A stretch of 64,000 bases of DNA from the human T2T-CHM13v2.0 reference genome, Homo sapiens: NCBI RefSeq assembly GCF_009914755.1, contig NC_060944.1. The stretch is one strand, 5' to 3'. The position numbers and the translations under genes are program-made. Positions 1 through 29,131 of this stretch are shown here, in pieces. Within the stretch, counting starts at the first letter, position 1. Every line of letters begins with the position of its first letter. The notes under the pieces were generated by a model. That model was given only the letters and a program-made list of their open reading frames with translations, searched no databases and had not been told where the DNA came from.

Positions 1-172
1 ACCTCACTTAGGACATCTCATTCTGTCACAGAACTACCTTATACTAAGCTTCTTGTACCACCTAACCATTAGTTCTAGCTTCTCTCCTTGGAGCCTATGG
101 ATCCCTGTGAAACTCAACTCTAAAGGGTCCACTTAGTAGTCTGGCAGAAACTCAGCCCTAAAGAATAATTTT

Positions 173-850
<678 letters not shown>

Positions 851-1264
851 TAAACAGGTGGTTTTGTTTCCTGGATGTGACTACACTGATCTTCAAATAC
901 CCTACCATGACCCACAAGGCCCAGGTGATATAATTTGGCTGTGTCCCCATTCAAATCTCATCTTGAATTGTTGTTCCCATAATCCCCTCATGTCATGAGA
1001 GGGACCCGGTGGGAGGTAATTGAATCATGGGGATGGTTACCCCCAATGCTGCTGTTCTCCTGATAGTGAGTGAGTTCTCACAGGATCTGATGGTTTTATA
1101 AGGGTCTTTTCCCTCTTTGCTTGGCACCTCTCCTTCCTGCCATCATGTGAAGGTGGACGTGTTTGCTTCCCCTTCGGCTATATTTGTAAGTTTCCTGAGG
1201 CCTCCCCAGCCATGTGGAACTGTGAGTCAATTAAACCTCTTTCCTTTGTAAATTACCAAGTCTC

Positions 1265-3752
<2,488 letters not shown>

Positions 3753-3776
3753 AAATAACCAAGTCTCGGGCAGTTC

Positions 3777-4094
3777 TTTTTCTTTCCTTTTCTTTTTTTT
3801 TTTTTTCTTTTTTTGAGACAGAGTGTCACTTCATCACCCAGGCTGGAATGCGGTGGTGCGATCTAGGCTCCTGCAACCTCTGCCTCTCGGGTTCAAGCAA
3901 TGTTCCTGCCTCTGCCTCCCGAGTAGCTGGAATTACAGGAACACTCCCCCATGTCTGGCTAATTTTTGTAGTTTTAGTAGAGACAAGGTTTCGTCATGTT
4001 GGCCAGGCTGGTCTCAAACTCCTGACCTCAAGTGGTCCACTTGCCTCAGCCTCCCAAAGTACTGAGATTACAGGTGTAAGCTACCACGCCTGGC
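3777..4094 (-). mobile_element. Alu inserted in the 3' part of the THE1 LTR
   Basis: Antisense Alu with TSD tcgggcagttc / tcaggcagttc. Confidence 0.9.
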
Positions 4095-5187
4095 TCAGGC
4101 AGTTCATAGCAGCGTAAGAATGGACTAATACACCAGGCTACTTCATATATTTATAAAAAATATACAAATATAGTAGGAAATGGAGTTTTAATTTCTGCAT
4201 AAATGGGATCCTGAAGTTCATCTCAAACTCCTTCCGCTCCTGTCCCCCACATACAGACGGTTACCAAGCACAGCCAATTCTACCTCCTAGAATTCCCCTG
4301 CATCTAGTCTCTCATCTCTCCATCTCCTCTGACACTGGTTTGGGCCCCCAGTTTACCCCTCTGACTTGATCTAGTACAATGTTCTAAGCTTTCCCAACTT
4401 CAGCTCTTCCTACTCCCATCTACCCGACAAGCTGCTGCCAAAGCAATCTTCCTGGAGCACTCACCTGCTCAGCATCCTTCAATTGCTTTATGTCTGCAGT
4501 CTGGCATAGTATCTAGCACACTATAGGTACTTAGTAAATATTGGTAGAGGAGCTGCTTGACTTAATGAGTCAGTTGTACTGTCCACTAGTGTCAGGAGGA
4601 AATTTCCTTTAGTTTTAAACAAAAGTTGTTTTATATAAAGTGGTGCATAGAGATTGGCTTAAGAAACCATTTTTATCTTCTTTTATTTACTTATTCATTT
4701 TTTGCAGGTTGGACAAGCTCAGAAACCATTTTTAAATTTCTGGTCCATCCATGTGTATGAATATACTATATTATTTATTTGATACATAGTTGTATAAAAA
4801 GTCTGGCTATATATATTCTTAGTGCTTAGACTTTCTAAAGAATAAGCCATAAATAGGAAATAAAAAAGAAAATACAAGCAGCACATTGTTATGTGGAAAA
4901 ATGCTTCAACTCAGCAAGAATACAGAAAGAAAATCAAAGCAAAATAACTTCACTGTATGGTGACACATCTACTGAACTGGCAATCATAAATCAAACTTGA
5001 AAAGTCAGTGCTGGCAGATGAGGAGGTAAGTGGTCCACTTCTCTTTAGATACTGATGGTGGCACTGCAAACTGGCTCAGGCTTTCTGGTGAACAATCTGG
5101 TATAATTGCCTAATAAGAACAATACGACTTTTCACCTTGGGTCCAGTGATTTAGCTAAAGCAACATACTTGAAGAAAATAATTTCAA

Positions 5188-5818
<631 letters not shown>

Positions 5819-6184
5819 CTACGTTATTTATATTAGTGACAATATAAATGACATATCTCAAACATAAATAAAGACATATCTCAAATTCCCCAAATAAGAA
5901 AAAGATCAAGCAAACCATGAATCATTGTCTGCATCAACACAATATTATAAAATCACTTAAAATAACATGCATATGGCCTATTTCAATAAATGGAATACAC
6001 ACTCAGCTTTAGCAGTGCTTGTGATTAAGAAAGGCTCTGAAATCAGACATTTCTGGCACTGCCACCTGTACACTTTCAAGAAACATTTATCTTGTAAGAA
6101 TGGATTTGGACCATGTGGGGCCTGCATGCAGTTACTTCCTCTTGAAGAAACATGTATGTACTATTCTCATTTGAGTAGAACAAG

Positions 6185-6440
6185 ATGATTAGAGAGCACG
6201 CTCTGGCATCAGATGGCCATGGTTCATATCTTAGCAATGTCATTCGCTGGTCCTGTGACCTTAAGTGACTTAACCTCCCAACATTCTAGTTTCAATTCAT
6301 TTGTCTAATATGGCTAACACTAGACTAATATTTGGCTAATAATATGACCTACTCCATAAAGTTCTTATGAGGTTAAAATGAGACGATGCCTACAGAGTGC
6401 TTAGCATGGTGCCTGACATGTAATCCATTCTCAGTAAATG
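6185..6440 (+). mobile_element. MIR SINE
   Basis: tgtgaccttaagtgacttaacctc...gaggttaaaatgagacgatg...agtgcttagcatggtgcctgacatg resembles the MIR core and tail. Confidence 0.75.
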
Positions 6441-6681
6441 TCAGCAATTTGCATTCTTCAATTAATGTTTATTGATCAGCCACTATGTTCCAAGCATTGT
6501 TTCAGATGCACATACTCCATTTAAGTCCTATAAGAATCTTACAAGGTGAGTGTTATTATAAAGAAAAGTTAAAGAAATGAGCTCAGAGGGGATCACTAGT
6601 TGAGAAAAGAAAACTGCAAGATAGTTGCGTTTGCAAATATGTAAAATAAAATGCACTTATACATTCCCAAGGATATGCATA

Positions 6682-7024
6682 TAGTAGTGCCCCCCTTATC
6701 TGAGGTTTCACTTTTCATGGTTTCAGTTACCTGTTGTCAACTGTGGTCCTTAAATGGAAAATTCCAGAAACAAACAATTCATAAGTTTTAAATTGTACAC
6801 CATTCTGAGTAGTGTGATGAAATCTCACGCCGTCCTGCTCTGTCCCACTCGAGACATGAATCACCCCTTTGTCTAGTGTATCCCTGCCTGTTAGTCACTT
6901 AGTAGTTGTCTCAGTTATTAGACAGAAAAAACATAGTATACGTAGGGTTCAGTACCAAATGCAGTTTCAGGCCTCCATTAGGGGCTTTAGAACATATCCC
7001 CTGCAGACATGGGGAGGTCTACTG
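6682..7024. mobile_element. MER44A-like MITE (Tigger/TcMar DNA transposon), complete
   Basis: Terminal inverted repeats tagtagtgccccccttatc...ggggaggtctactg flanked by TA dinucleotides. The internal sequence resembles the recalled MER44A consensus. Confidence 0.85.
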
Positions 7025-7213
7025 TAGTTGGGACTTAATGATAATTAAGTCCACTTTGTTTAAAGTTAGTCAAGTTTCTATGTGTTTATATTTTCAACTG
7101 GGAGCAAGCTTCCCACTGCCTTTACTAACCCGTGCCCTTCCTTTCCCCCAGCAGGGACCAGGCCATGTATTAAATGTCACTTGGGTGCTGGCTTCTGACC
7201 AGCAAGTGCTTAC

Positions 7214-7311
7214 CTGGAGGAGATAGAGGAGTCCTGGGACAAACAAGGTGAGTGGGTACAGAGACTGGTATGTCGCTAAGGCAAGAAAAATAGCACTGAG
7301 GAAAGCACTGC
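7214..7311 (-). CDS. PIGU: PIGU coding exon 7 (98 bp, phase 1 to 0)
   Basis: ctttttacag|GC AGT GCT TTC...CTC CAG|gtaagc; encodes (G)[32 protein letters not shown], visible within ORF 7094..7354. Phases are consistent across all six exons. Confidence 0.97.
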
Positions 7312-7990
7312 CTGTAAAAAGAAAGAAATGTATGGAATAATCCAGCCTCATCAATCATGATTAGACTCAGCAAGTCCCTCTCAACACAAAACTTTCCATA
7401 ACTGCTCAAATAATCACCTGCCAAGTGCCTCCTGGTACACAAGGTGCTATGCAAATTCACACAGTAAGAGCTTCTTGGCTTGATTTCCAATGAAAGGAAA
7501 CCAAGAAAGTCAAAACCATCTACCTTTGGCAACCTGAGACACTACAGGCATAATTCTTATAAAATTTTGAGACCCAGAACGATTTTACAAAATTTCAACC
7601 CGAAGATGTATAAAGGGATCAAGTCTATTAACATCCATGTCCTATCTAATGTACCAATTTATTAAGCCTACAATTATTGCTTATGATATCCAGAGCTGGA
7701 AACCCATCCCTTTGACTGTTGCAACATTATCACTCTTTACAACAGCCCTTCCTTACCTGCTGCATCAATTTAGGTCATGTTTTTTCTTTTCAAATGAAAG
7801 TATATTAATTTTGTTAGTAATGTCCTCACTTCCTATATAAAATGGACTACTATGGAATCATTAAACATGAGGCTATTAAGAATTTGCAATGACTTAGAAA
7901 GGTGTTTATAATATCCTATTAAATGAAGTTTATAAAAGAGACATATATTATCATTTATTTTATAAAAAAAAAATGCACAAACATTTTTTA

Positions 7991-9287
<1,297 letters not shown>

Positions 9288-9669
9288 AGAAGACTAAAAC
9301 CTAAGGCCACAAAGTTTATAGTGGTTATCTCTGGGTAGTGGAATTATGAACAATTTTTCATTTTTGCTTCACTGCATTTTTTAAACTTTCTAAAATGAAC
9401 ATGCTTTGTTTTTGTCATTAGAAAAAAGCTAATTTCTTTGAAAAAATAGCTATTCCCTTTCAGATGGCTTAAGACAACAGGATACTCTAAAACTAAGGAT
9501 AGAGAGCCCTAGTTTACAACAGGAGTTTCCAAGTGGCCCAGAAATCAGTAGGATGCAATTGATGGTCCAAGATATAAAGCCCAACAGGTGTCTTGTAATG
9601 ATGTTTTTTAAAATGACAATACCCATGCTCACTCTCATTAGTGTGGGGTCAACTATTTACTGAAAATAA

Positions 9670-10048
<379 letters not shown>

Positions 10049-11029
10049 CTAATCCAGCTCTAGAGACAAACAGGAAGAGATTATTGATGAGATCTTTCAC
10101 CACCAAAGTGGTCTGTATACTTGAAACATCTAAAAACTACCTTGGAGGACAGACGGTTATAAATGTGACAATGTCACAGACGAGAGAGTGGAGAGAAAAG
10201 AACTTTGTGTGCTTTATTCTTCAAACCAAGGAAACTCACCAGCTAGAACAACCCTAGTTGACAGAAAGTAGAAGGGAGGCAGAGAAAGAGAGAAGCTAGA
10301 AGTAATAGGACAGAATTCTATGGGAAGGGGGGCTGTCTCGCCATATTGACAGTGCCAGTCATGATGTCCTGTATCCAGGGTACTCATAAATATGACTGTG
10401 TAGGAACAGGATCACGCCCAGCTAAGCTGTGACACCAGCAGTGGCAAGCACACATCTGCTGAGCCACAGACTCTAAACTCAGAACCAGGTCACTCTGGGA
10501 TAGGGCAGTGGCAGTAGTAGGAAAGGTGCTGTTCTGGAGCCCAACAGCTAGGGTGGGCTAGGGATTGATTCTTTGATTGGGTCAAAAATCTGAATGATTT
10601 TTTGGTGGGAAACTGGCCAAGAGAGGGAAAACACTGAAAATAACTTTTTAACTTAACCTGGTTCTCTACGGATTGAAAGCAGGCGAGAGAAGAGGCCCAT
10701 GTGTCTGTTACTAGAGGATGGAGGCTAATGCTCCAACTCCATCCATTCCTATAGCATGGTGAAAACAAACACATGACTTTCTCCTGTCTCTCCCAGAGGA
10801 GACACAAGGAGTGAAATCAACACAGCCATCTCTTGCCCTAATTGCCTGAGGTTAATAATTGCTTGTCTGAAACTGACTGTTTATGAGGCCCAAGAGAGAA
10901 AAAGAGGCTCACAGCCTAGCCAAATGGACTTGTGAGTTTTAGAATACTTGCTCCTAGGATCAGGAAGAAGCAGTCTTCCTTCCATAGACTGAAGTAGTCT
11001 TTGGGAAGGAAAAATCTGTTCCTCCTGCT

Positions 11030-13260
<2,231 letters not shown>

Positions 13261-13407
13261 CAAAAGGGGCTCCCGTGGATGCTGGTACCACTCTTCCTTA
13301 ATCTGGGTGCTGGTTACTCAACGTTTCGTGAAAATTCACGTATCTGTACACTAATGAGTTATACATTTTTCCGTATATATGTCATACTTCAATAAAAAGT
13401 TACAATC

Positions 13408-13753
<346 letters not shown>

Positions 13754-14549
13754 TCACGGAGGGCTAAGCTTGCACAGTCATCCAAAAACATCTACCTACA
13801 GGCCCAGACAGGATACCTGAAATCATGTCTGAAATGGCAGCCTCATGTGGGCAAGAGCTAGGGCATCACGCTGGCCTAACCAGAAGGAACTGTGCCAAGA
13901 GGACTAAGAGTTTTACCCCAAAATGATATAACCTACCATTTGCTAGGGCAGCCCAGATGCACAGGCACTAGGCTTTCTATATAAGCCTTGATATTTAGCC
14001 TTATCCTAGGGATATTAGAGTAAATCAGTCAAATGTGTATGTACATTGGCTGTAGTATCAGGAAATTTCATTATCTACTCAATCTAGCTTTGAATATGTT
14101 ATGTTTTCTAACTCTCTATTTGTGTCAGGGTGGGGGCCAAAAGCCTCAGCAAGACCGGGGGTAATACTTTGCCTCCAGGGACTGCACCTCACAGCGATCT
14201 GGGCCTGGGTGGGTGGCACAGCTACAGGAGTGAGCAGGAATGTAATGAGGTGGGGCCATGGGGACTGGTTCAGGACAGGGACTTCAAGTGGAGTAATCAG
14301 AGAATAAAGAGATTGGGTCACAGGTGATGATCTATACCAAGACAGGCAGAAACGCACTGGAATGTAGTCAAAAGGGCTCAGGTCCCACAGGACTATCAGA
14401 AAAGGAAGTTGCACCAGGGTGTGGGGCAACAAGTGAGACTGCCCAGGAGGAGGAGGAGATCCTGGGGGCAGGGCCAATGTATTACATTCCTTGCCAAGTG
14501 TGTTCTTTTAACGGGGCAGCCTCTCTCAGAGCAATCCGTACATATCAGT

Positions 14550-15610
14550 GATAACGATGATAATTTATTGAGCACTTACTCTGTTCCAGCCATGACTGTA
14601 AGCACTTTACTTGCCTTAAGCCATTTAGTCTTCTCAATAATTCCATGAAGTGGGTACAATTACTGTCCCCATTTTACAGATAATGAAACTGAAAGACAGA
14701 GAAGTTATTTGTCTGGGGTCACGAAACTAGTGAATGAGAGCAATAGGATTTAAACCAAATGGTTTTACTTCAGACCCCATGTTCTGACTGCATCACTGGG
14801 CCACCCTCTTGATCTCAATCAAGCACCATAAAAATAACAATAGGCAGAGCAACTAGTTATTGAGTGGATTCTGCTAAGGAAGCACGCTAAGCATTTTATA
14901 TTTCTTATTTATTCCTCCACTATCTCTAGGAGGTAGATATTCTGGGATCAAACTGAGGCTCTTGAGGCTGCATGATTTGCTCAAGGCTACAGAGCTGGTA
15001 ATTAGAATAAGCAGGCTTTGAAGTTGGGTTGACCTGACAAAAACTGAGTCCTTGAGTCCTCTATGACTCCTTCCATTGGCAGGGCTTTGGCCTACAGGAA
15101 CCTCAACTCGAAGTGATGGGATCACCAGGCCTCAGGATCATCACTCTTCCATTGTTCCTCTAAGGCTAGGCTCCAGGAAGAGAACCTCATTGAAACCTCC
15201 CAGGTCTCCCTATAAGGCCTATAAGGATGCTAACAATCATGAGGTCTCTTTTATTTTTTAATTTTTTTTACATGGTCTCACTCTGTTGCCTAGATTGGAG
15301 CTCAGTGACGCGGTCATAGTTCACTCAAACTCCTGGGCTCGAGTGATCTGAGGGATCTTTTAAAAGGGAGGATACTATTAAAAATAGCAACCAATACCAT
15401 CTGAGCAGTTATTACACGCCTCCATACCATTCATTCTTTATATTCACTCTATAAGGCAGACACTCTTTCATCCCCATGCTGCAGATAAGGAAACTGAGGC
15501 TTAGAATTGTTAAGTGACTTGCCCAAGGTGATAGAGCCAGGAGACAGTGGAGCTGGGATTAGCCACCAGATCTGTCTAACATGAGAGCAGCCTGGGCTCT
15601 TAATCATGCT
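14550..15610 (-). mobile_element. Cluster of three antisense MIRs plus an Alu monomer fragment (about 15250-15350)
   Basis: cccattttacagataatgaaactga; aaactgaggct...atttgctcaaggctacagagct; gaaactgaggcttagaattgttaagtgacttgcccaagg. Confidence 0.8.
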
Positions 15611-16192
15611 TGAATACCTTCTGATAGCACTGATCCTTCTTTCTCCTTGGCAAGCAAGTCCTGTCACATGGCCTTTTTTGGTGGCATAAGGAAAGCTGGA
15701 AGAACCCTTAGGTGGCAAACTTCAAGAATATCTCGCTGTTGACAAACACCAATGGTGAAAAAGCAGGACCATCTATTAGCATCTGTTTGTCTGTTTTCCT
15801 TTTTAAAGCCTAATGAAGACTACTTCCCAAGGAAGGAGTTTTTAATTAGCTCACTGAAAGGCAGAGTACACTTTGCCCAAGCAACAGCCTTCAAAGCGAA
15901 ACTTAAGCTGCTCCACTAAACTAATATCAACCTGCCCAAAGACCTGTGTTCCCCAGCCAACACTACAATAAGGACATCACAATACAATGGCCCGAGGCTT
16001 GTCCTGGCCTGCATCTCTCAGAGTGTCCCAGGCAACCCTGGGCTGCCACAAAGGAAGCCAGGGGAAAGCAAGCAGCAAGAGTCAAGGGGACAAAGCAAAC
16101 AAGGTCACTCCCTTCTGTGGTGTATCTGCTCCATGGAAGTCTGGGGAGCATTGCTAAGTTTACTTCCACTGCCCCTATCGTCTTATCAATCA

Positions 16193-17887
<1,695 letters not shown>

Positions 17888-19369
17888 TAAAATCTTTACC
17901 AATTTCCGAGGCAAAAAACAAAAAAAGCTTTCAAAAGTTTTTAAATTTCAATTTGCCTTTTCTTTATTAATTATCCATGAGTTGAATATTTTTCCATAAT
18001 TTTCAGTGATTTATATTCCTTTTCTTGTGAATTTTCTCAAATATTTTCTTTTTTAGGATAAAAAGTAAATTATTCCTTAATTTTATTAAATAATTTTATT
18101 AATATTATGTGGTAAAATGTGAACTGTAGAAATATAACTTGCAGAAGTTATAACTGAACTAACTATATTATATATACTGTTAGCAGAGATTACTAAAATA
18201 CTCAAAGAGCTGGAGTGGTTCAGAGACCTAGCTAAAATAGAACTCTTCAAATATTTTAACAGATTAGAAATGTTGTTTGTGAGGGTCTCTATTTATAGTA
18301 GCAAATAATGGAAAACAAATGTCCAACAAAAGAGAAGCGCTGGGATCTCATAACAAATACGCAAGAGGAACTGAAGTGGACATGCAGCAGAGTGATGAAA
18401 GACTTCCTTTCCAATTTATAGGTTTGAATTTCTTTTATTCTTACCAAATGCTTAAACTACTTGCAAAATTAAATTTAAATTTAAAGGAAATGACAAATAT
18501 GTGACCAATGTCAGACATGATTCATATGAAATAAGTGATAAAAGTAAAACAAAATTATGTATATAACATTACGAAAATGTCTATGAATTCATTAAACAAA
18601 AGTCTGGAGTGATATAAAATTTTTTTTGCTCTGTGGAACAAAAAAAAAACCATGGCTGTGAAAGAGATACATATAACTTACTTACATGTTTTTCTTCCCC
18701 AAACAAAAACCTTTTCGTTGACTTACAGGTCATAAAATATTTTTTTTTAATGGCATACTTTTACATTTTTACGAGCGACTCCTAGGAAAACAAATAAACA
18801 TGCACCTTCTGAGGGCATGTCTTCAGTTTCTCTATCTTTGCACTCGGCTATTTTAAAGATGACATTTCCAAAGGCCAGTACTTGGTCCCTTCTGCCAGGC
18901 TGCTGCGTATATTGTTTATTTTAATGGACACCAGACACCTTGATAAATGACAACCTATCTGAACCTGACACTCTGGAAACAGGGATTAAGGCAGGGAGAG
19001 TTCACAGACAGCAGAGTATTTACTGTTAAGAGTTATTTCTGACAAAATGACCACCACGATCTTCAGAACAAGACAATTCAGGCTATGCAATATCTAGCCA
19101 TTTTAAGTAACCCAATAATAAATTAAACTAATAGGCCTACAGAAAGACCACTCATAAGCATTCCAAGAGAAACAATCTCTTATAAAGACCTAAGGCATCC
19201 TCGGGTGCCACCCCAGAAAAGGTAGGCAAACTGTAAGTAAAAGGTTCTATGTACAACTTTTTACTCTTTACTTCCTGAGTACACAAACTATTTAACAATA
19301 GTGTACAAATATAAGGACTCTTACACGCTTCTTATGGGAGTATAAATGTGGCAATACATTCCAGAAATC

Positions 19370-20025
<656 letters not shown>

Positions 20026-20059
20026 AAGATAGATCAGACATTTATTGATATATGTTATA

Positions 20060-20868
20060 TGTAGTAGGTTGTATTATTGGCCCCAATTTCCCCCCACCAT
20101 GTCCAGGCCCTTTGCTGTATAACTTTGCCATGCCTTCCTGTTGTGAACAGGATGGAAATCTCCACCCCTGGGCTCAGCCATGTGTAACTTTTTTTTTTTT
20201 TTGAGATGGACTCTCGCTCTGTCGCCCAGGCTGGATTGCAGTGGCACAGTCTCAGCTCACTGAAACCTCTGCCTCCCAGGTTCAAGCAATTCTCTGCCTC
20301 AGCCTCCCAAGTAGCTAGGATTACGGGTGCCTGTCACCACGCCCAGCTAATTTTTGTATTTTTAGTAGAAATGAGGTTTCACCATCTTGGCTAGGCTAGT
20401 CTTGAACTTCTGACCTCATGACCTCATGATCCACCCACCTAAGCCTCCCAAAGTGCTGGGATTACAGGCGTGAGCCACCATGCCGGGCCATATGTTACAT
20501 TTTGATCAATGGGATATTAGCACATGTGATGCAACCAGGAACTTAAAAAGTGCATGCCTGACTAGGCTTGCTCACTATTGTGCTTCTGCCATTGCTATGA
20601 AAAGAAAATACCTAAGTCTGTCCCCTGGCCCAAGAGGATGACAACCATGTGGAGCAGAGCCCAACCTAGATTAGCCAACTCCAGCCAGCCACTGACGTGA
20701 AAATGAAGCCCATGTAACCAGCCAACTGACAAGCCATGTCCAACCTAGATCAGCTGACTCCTTGCTGACTTACAGATGTATGATCTAAGTAAACACTTGT
20801 TGTTGTTTTAAGCTACTGAATTCTGGAATGGTTTATTAACATTTTTGTGGTACTAGCTAATTGATACA
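20060..20868 (+). mobile_element. MLT1-type MaLR LTR interrupted by an antisense Alu (20188-20489)
   Basis: Starts tgtagtaggttgtattattggcccc and ends ttgttgtttttaagctactgaattctggaatggtttatt...agctaattgataca. Confidence 0.75.
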
Positions 20869-21811
20869 AGATTTAAAAGTCTGGAGGGAAAAATGTTGGA
20901 AAAATCTGGAAATATATAACCCAAATGCTTACAGAGGAACTTTTAGTTAAAAATAATAGATTGATCACATGTGTTTATCAACTCTCCCTCCAAAAATCTC
21001 ATTAAAATGAAAACAAGAGATTAAAACCATATTAAATCACAAAGAAAATAAGGGGAGATTATAGCAAAACCAACTTTAACACAATAGTGAAAAAATACAA
21101 AGCAGGTGAGAGAAGAATAAATCACTTGGTGATGTGGAAGAAATTACAGCTCAGTGGCCTACAAAGAGGATTACTAATAAAAATCAGCCAACTCACCCCA
21201 CAGAACTTCTGAGAAATTCAGCACTAGAGTGCATCAGGTGCTATGGGAGGTGGGGGTATGGCATAGAGAAAAAAATCAAGTTGAAAGTTTATATACAGAC
21301 CACTGAGAACAACAGGTGTTACCCCAACTATGTGCAGCCAAATGACCATTCCCGCATAACCCATCCCTCTAACTTTCTACTCTACCTGCAGAAGACCTCA
21401 GTTCTGGAGAAAGCTAACTAAGGGCACAAGTCTAGGAACTACTTTGCACAGTAATGGGCTGAGGAGAGGTGTGGGCTGAAAAGCAATGAGATTAAATAAA
21501 GTCTCCAGACTGAAACCAGCCACCTTCCCTGTTCCTGCTCTCACAACTCCAGCAGCTAGTCTTATGCACCCTCCACCCCACAAAAAAACCCTAACTCTGC
21601 TACCCCAGACAGGACTTCAGAGGATTCCTCTTTGGGAAAACTGAATAGTTGCAAAGGAAAATAAAACCTGCAGATGATGACATTTGTAAATGCCCCCGAC
21701 CCAAAGAAAGAGGCCAGCCCACTGCCTGATTCCCTGTACAGTGAAAATGATCCACCAACAAGCCCTGCCCATGCACGGAGTCTCCAGTCAATATGTTAGT
21801 GCTTCATTTAA

Positions 21812-25529
<3,718 letters not shown>

Positions 25530-25759
25530 TAAAGCTATGTTAACAGTCACTGTCTGAGAAGTTAAGTTTTCAAGATGTTTTAATTTTTTTCTCTTGCCAT
25601 GACTACATTTTCTAAATAATCTTGTATTACTTGTGTAATTTTTAAAAATGTTTTTAAGTGTTGCATTAAAAAAAAAACAAAACAAAACCACAGCACAAGT
25701 GTTGCAAAATCTTGCATAAATCAGGGACTGACCTTTGTACTCTCCTTTCAGGGCCTTAC

Positions 25760-25860
25760 CTTTTATCGTAGTCAAAATGAAGAAAGCAATGAGGGTGTTG
25801 TTGATGGCACAGGTAGACTTGGCAACACAAGACAAAATCGTGTAAGGATTTAAGAGATAG
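25760..25860 (-). CDS. PIGU: PIGU coding exon 6 (101 bp, phase 2 to 1)
   Basis: cttccccag|C TAT CTC TTA AAT CCT...ATA AAA G|gtaagg; encodes [33 protein letters not shown](G), visible within ORF 25467..25874. Confidence 0.97.
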
Positions 25861-26662
25861 CTGGGGAAGAACAAACATATTTGGCATTAGTAATCCTGAC
25901 CAAGGAGCCCTCGCCATTACAGCAAGGAAGTTCCAAGAGATTTATTAAAAGCTTACGCAAAGGAAGGCAGCTTCTCAGAAATGAGTTCCCCCAAATAAAA
26001 GAGAATAGAGTGGGGGTTGAGGCTGATAAGTAAAAGGTACTGAACATGGACTGCCTATTCTGTTCTATGGAGTATATGGAAAACTGTTGTATTTAATCAT
26101 CACAGAGATCCTGTAACTCACAATAACATCATTCCAGTTTTGCAGATGAGGAAACATTTGCAGGTGACATTCAAGAAGCAGCTGAGTCTCAATGGTAAAG
26201 CGACTTGCCCAAAATCTCACAAACTAATAAATACATCCAAAATCAGGTCTTTCTAGCTCTATAAATGTTCATTTTACTATTTCAGATTTCAAAAAATGAT
26301 AAAATTCTACCAATTCCCACAGAGCCACATATCTCAAGAATAGCTACATTTATCTCTGAGAACCAGGAAAGTACATTTTCCTCAGTCAGGCTCCTAAGCC
26401 CTGACACAGGTCATGCCAATCCAAGAGTTAAAGCAGCTTAGATGTAGCCTTCTTGGCAGTTAAACAGAATCCACTGAGCCAGACCCCAAGGACAGAATAA
26501 GTATCTACTGAGCTCAACAAGTCAAGTGTTACAGAACTTCAAAGGACATCTGGACCCTCACTAGGAAGGAGTTAATAAGCTGAAACACCTAGTGTTTTCC
26601 TGAGATGGGAAGGAATGAACTGAGAAAATGAATTCAAAATGTTTGTGAGTAGGGAAATCTTA

Positions 26663-27775
<1,113 letters not shown>

Positions 27776-29021
27776 CTACAGCACTATAGTAATCAGCTAC
27801 AAATTCGGCTCTGAGTTTCCTGGCAGAGAAAGTGAAAAGGTAGACTAGTTACATAATTCTGGTTATCAGATAGGAAGAAACATGCCAGTGTCTCAGGAAG
27901 AGATGATGATTACTATTCACAAATAAAGACCTTAAATCCAATACCTCCCACGACTGTGAGATTAGCAGTTCTACAGCCAAAGGCCTAGAAATTGCTGGCG
28001 GTTTTTTTCAGCAATTACAGACAGGCTTGTTACATAATCTTTAAAGAAACAGCTGCTGCTATTACAAAGCTACCCCCAGGACACACATAAGTCCATAAGA
28101 GATTCATAAAGTTGCTAAATTTCTGGTTCTATTAAGGTAGATCCCACCAATATTTCTGAAATACATAGATTAGAACTGATAGTCCAAAACTATTTGGTGG
28201 GAAGAAAAAAAAGCCATTTCTAAATAGCAGGTGACGTTCAAGAAGCAGCTGCATAGACATCTAATAGGGAATAGGAAATCCACACACAAGGCAGAAGGTT
28301 GAGTAAACTAGTCTCACAAGGCCCCTTCTAATTCTGAAGTTCTAAGGGCGTGTTTTTCCACGAGGAAACTTGTTTGTCTTGTTTACTGTATATCCCTAGA
28401 AACTGGTATATTATTAATATTCAATGACTATTAGTGGATTGAATAATTATTCACATTTGCCTATCTCAGGAAGATAAATGGGAATAACCCAAAAGAGTAC
28501 AACTTAATGGTAGCACTGGGTACACCCTAGAGAATTCTTTCATAGAGCCTCAGTAAGTTCCAGTCTTCCACATGGGTCACCCAGCTGGAATGCATCTGTT
28601 TGGCACTTCAGTTTTATAAGCTACAAATGGAGGACTATACTGTACACGAAACATAAGAGCTGCTTGAAATGGCAGCCACATAAAAACCAAACTTTTATTC
28701 AATCCATACATCACAATTGAAGAACTTTAGAAACACTGGTTATAAGTAGGCTGGAACCCAGATCAGCATGGAGTCAAAAAGCATTTGTGAAGGGTTTGAT
28801 TGTACACAGCCCTGTGTGAGTCTTTGTCCCAAGAGAGACAGAATGGCTCTGTCTCTTTTGCTGGCCAGAACAACAGAGCCCAGTTGTGCAACAGAACTAC
28901 AGCAAATACTTGATGACTAAGATTGCAAATCTCCAAAAATACAACAAACAACATGGGAAAGTCTCATCAGATTTTCCTCGCATTTGTTGGCACTAAGCCT
29001 GTTTTGTCAGGGAATACTTAC

Positions 29022-29131
29022 AACAGGGCCACTTTCAAAGGGATGTAACGCATTTCCATAGGGGTCCGGATGAGTTCGGCCACATCTGGGGCATACTGGT
29101 CCAGTTCTAGGAGGAGTTTCTGCTTTTTAAA
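29022..29131 (-). CDS. PIGU: PIGU coding exon 5 (110 bp, phase 0 to 2)
   Basis: T-tract ctag|TTT AAA AAG CAG...GCC CTG TT|gtaagt; encodes [36 protein letters not shown](F). Confidence 0.97.

Noticed and set aside
18319-18504. Short ORF in an unrecognised segment within L1ME-like sequence, as a possible pseudogene fragment
   Set aside because: No recognisable protein similarity, poly(A) tail or TSD; it cannot be supported without a database search.
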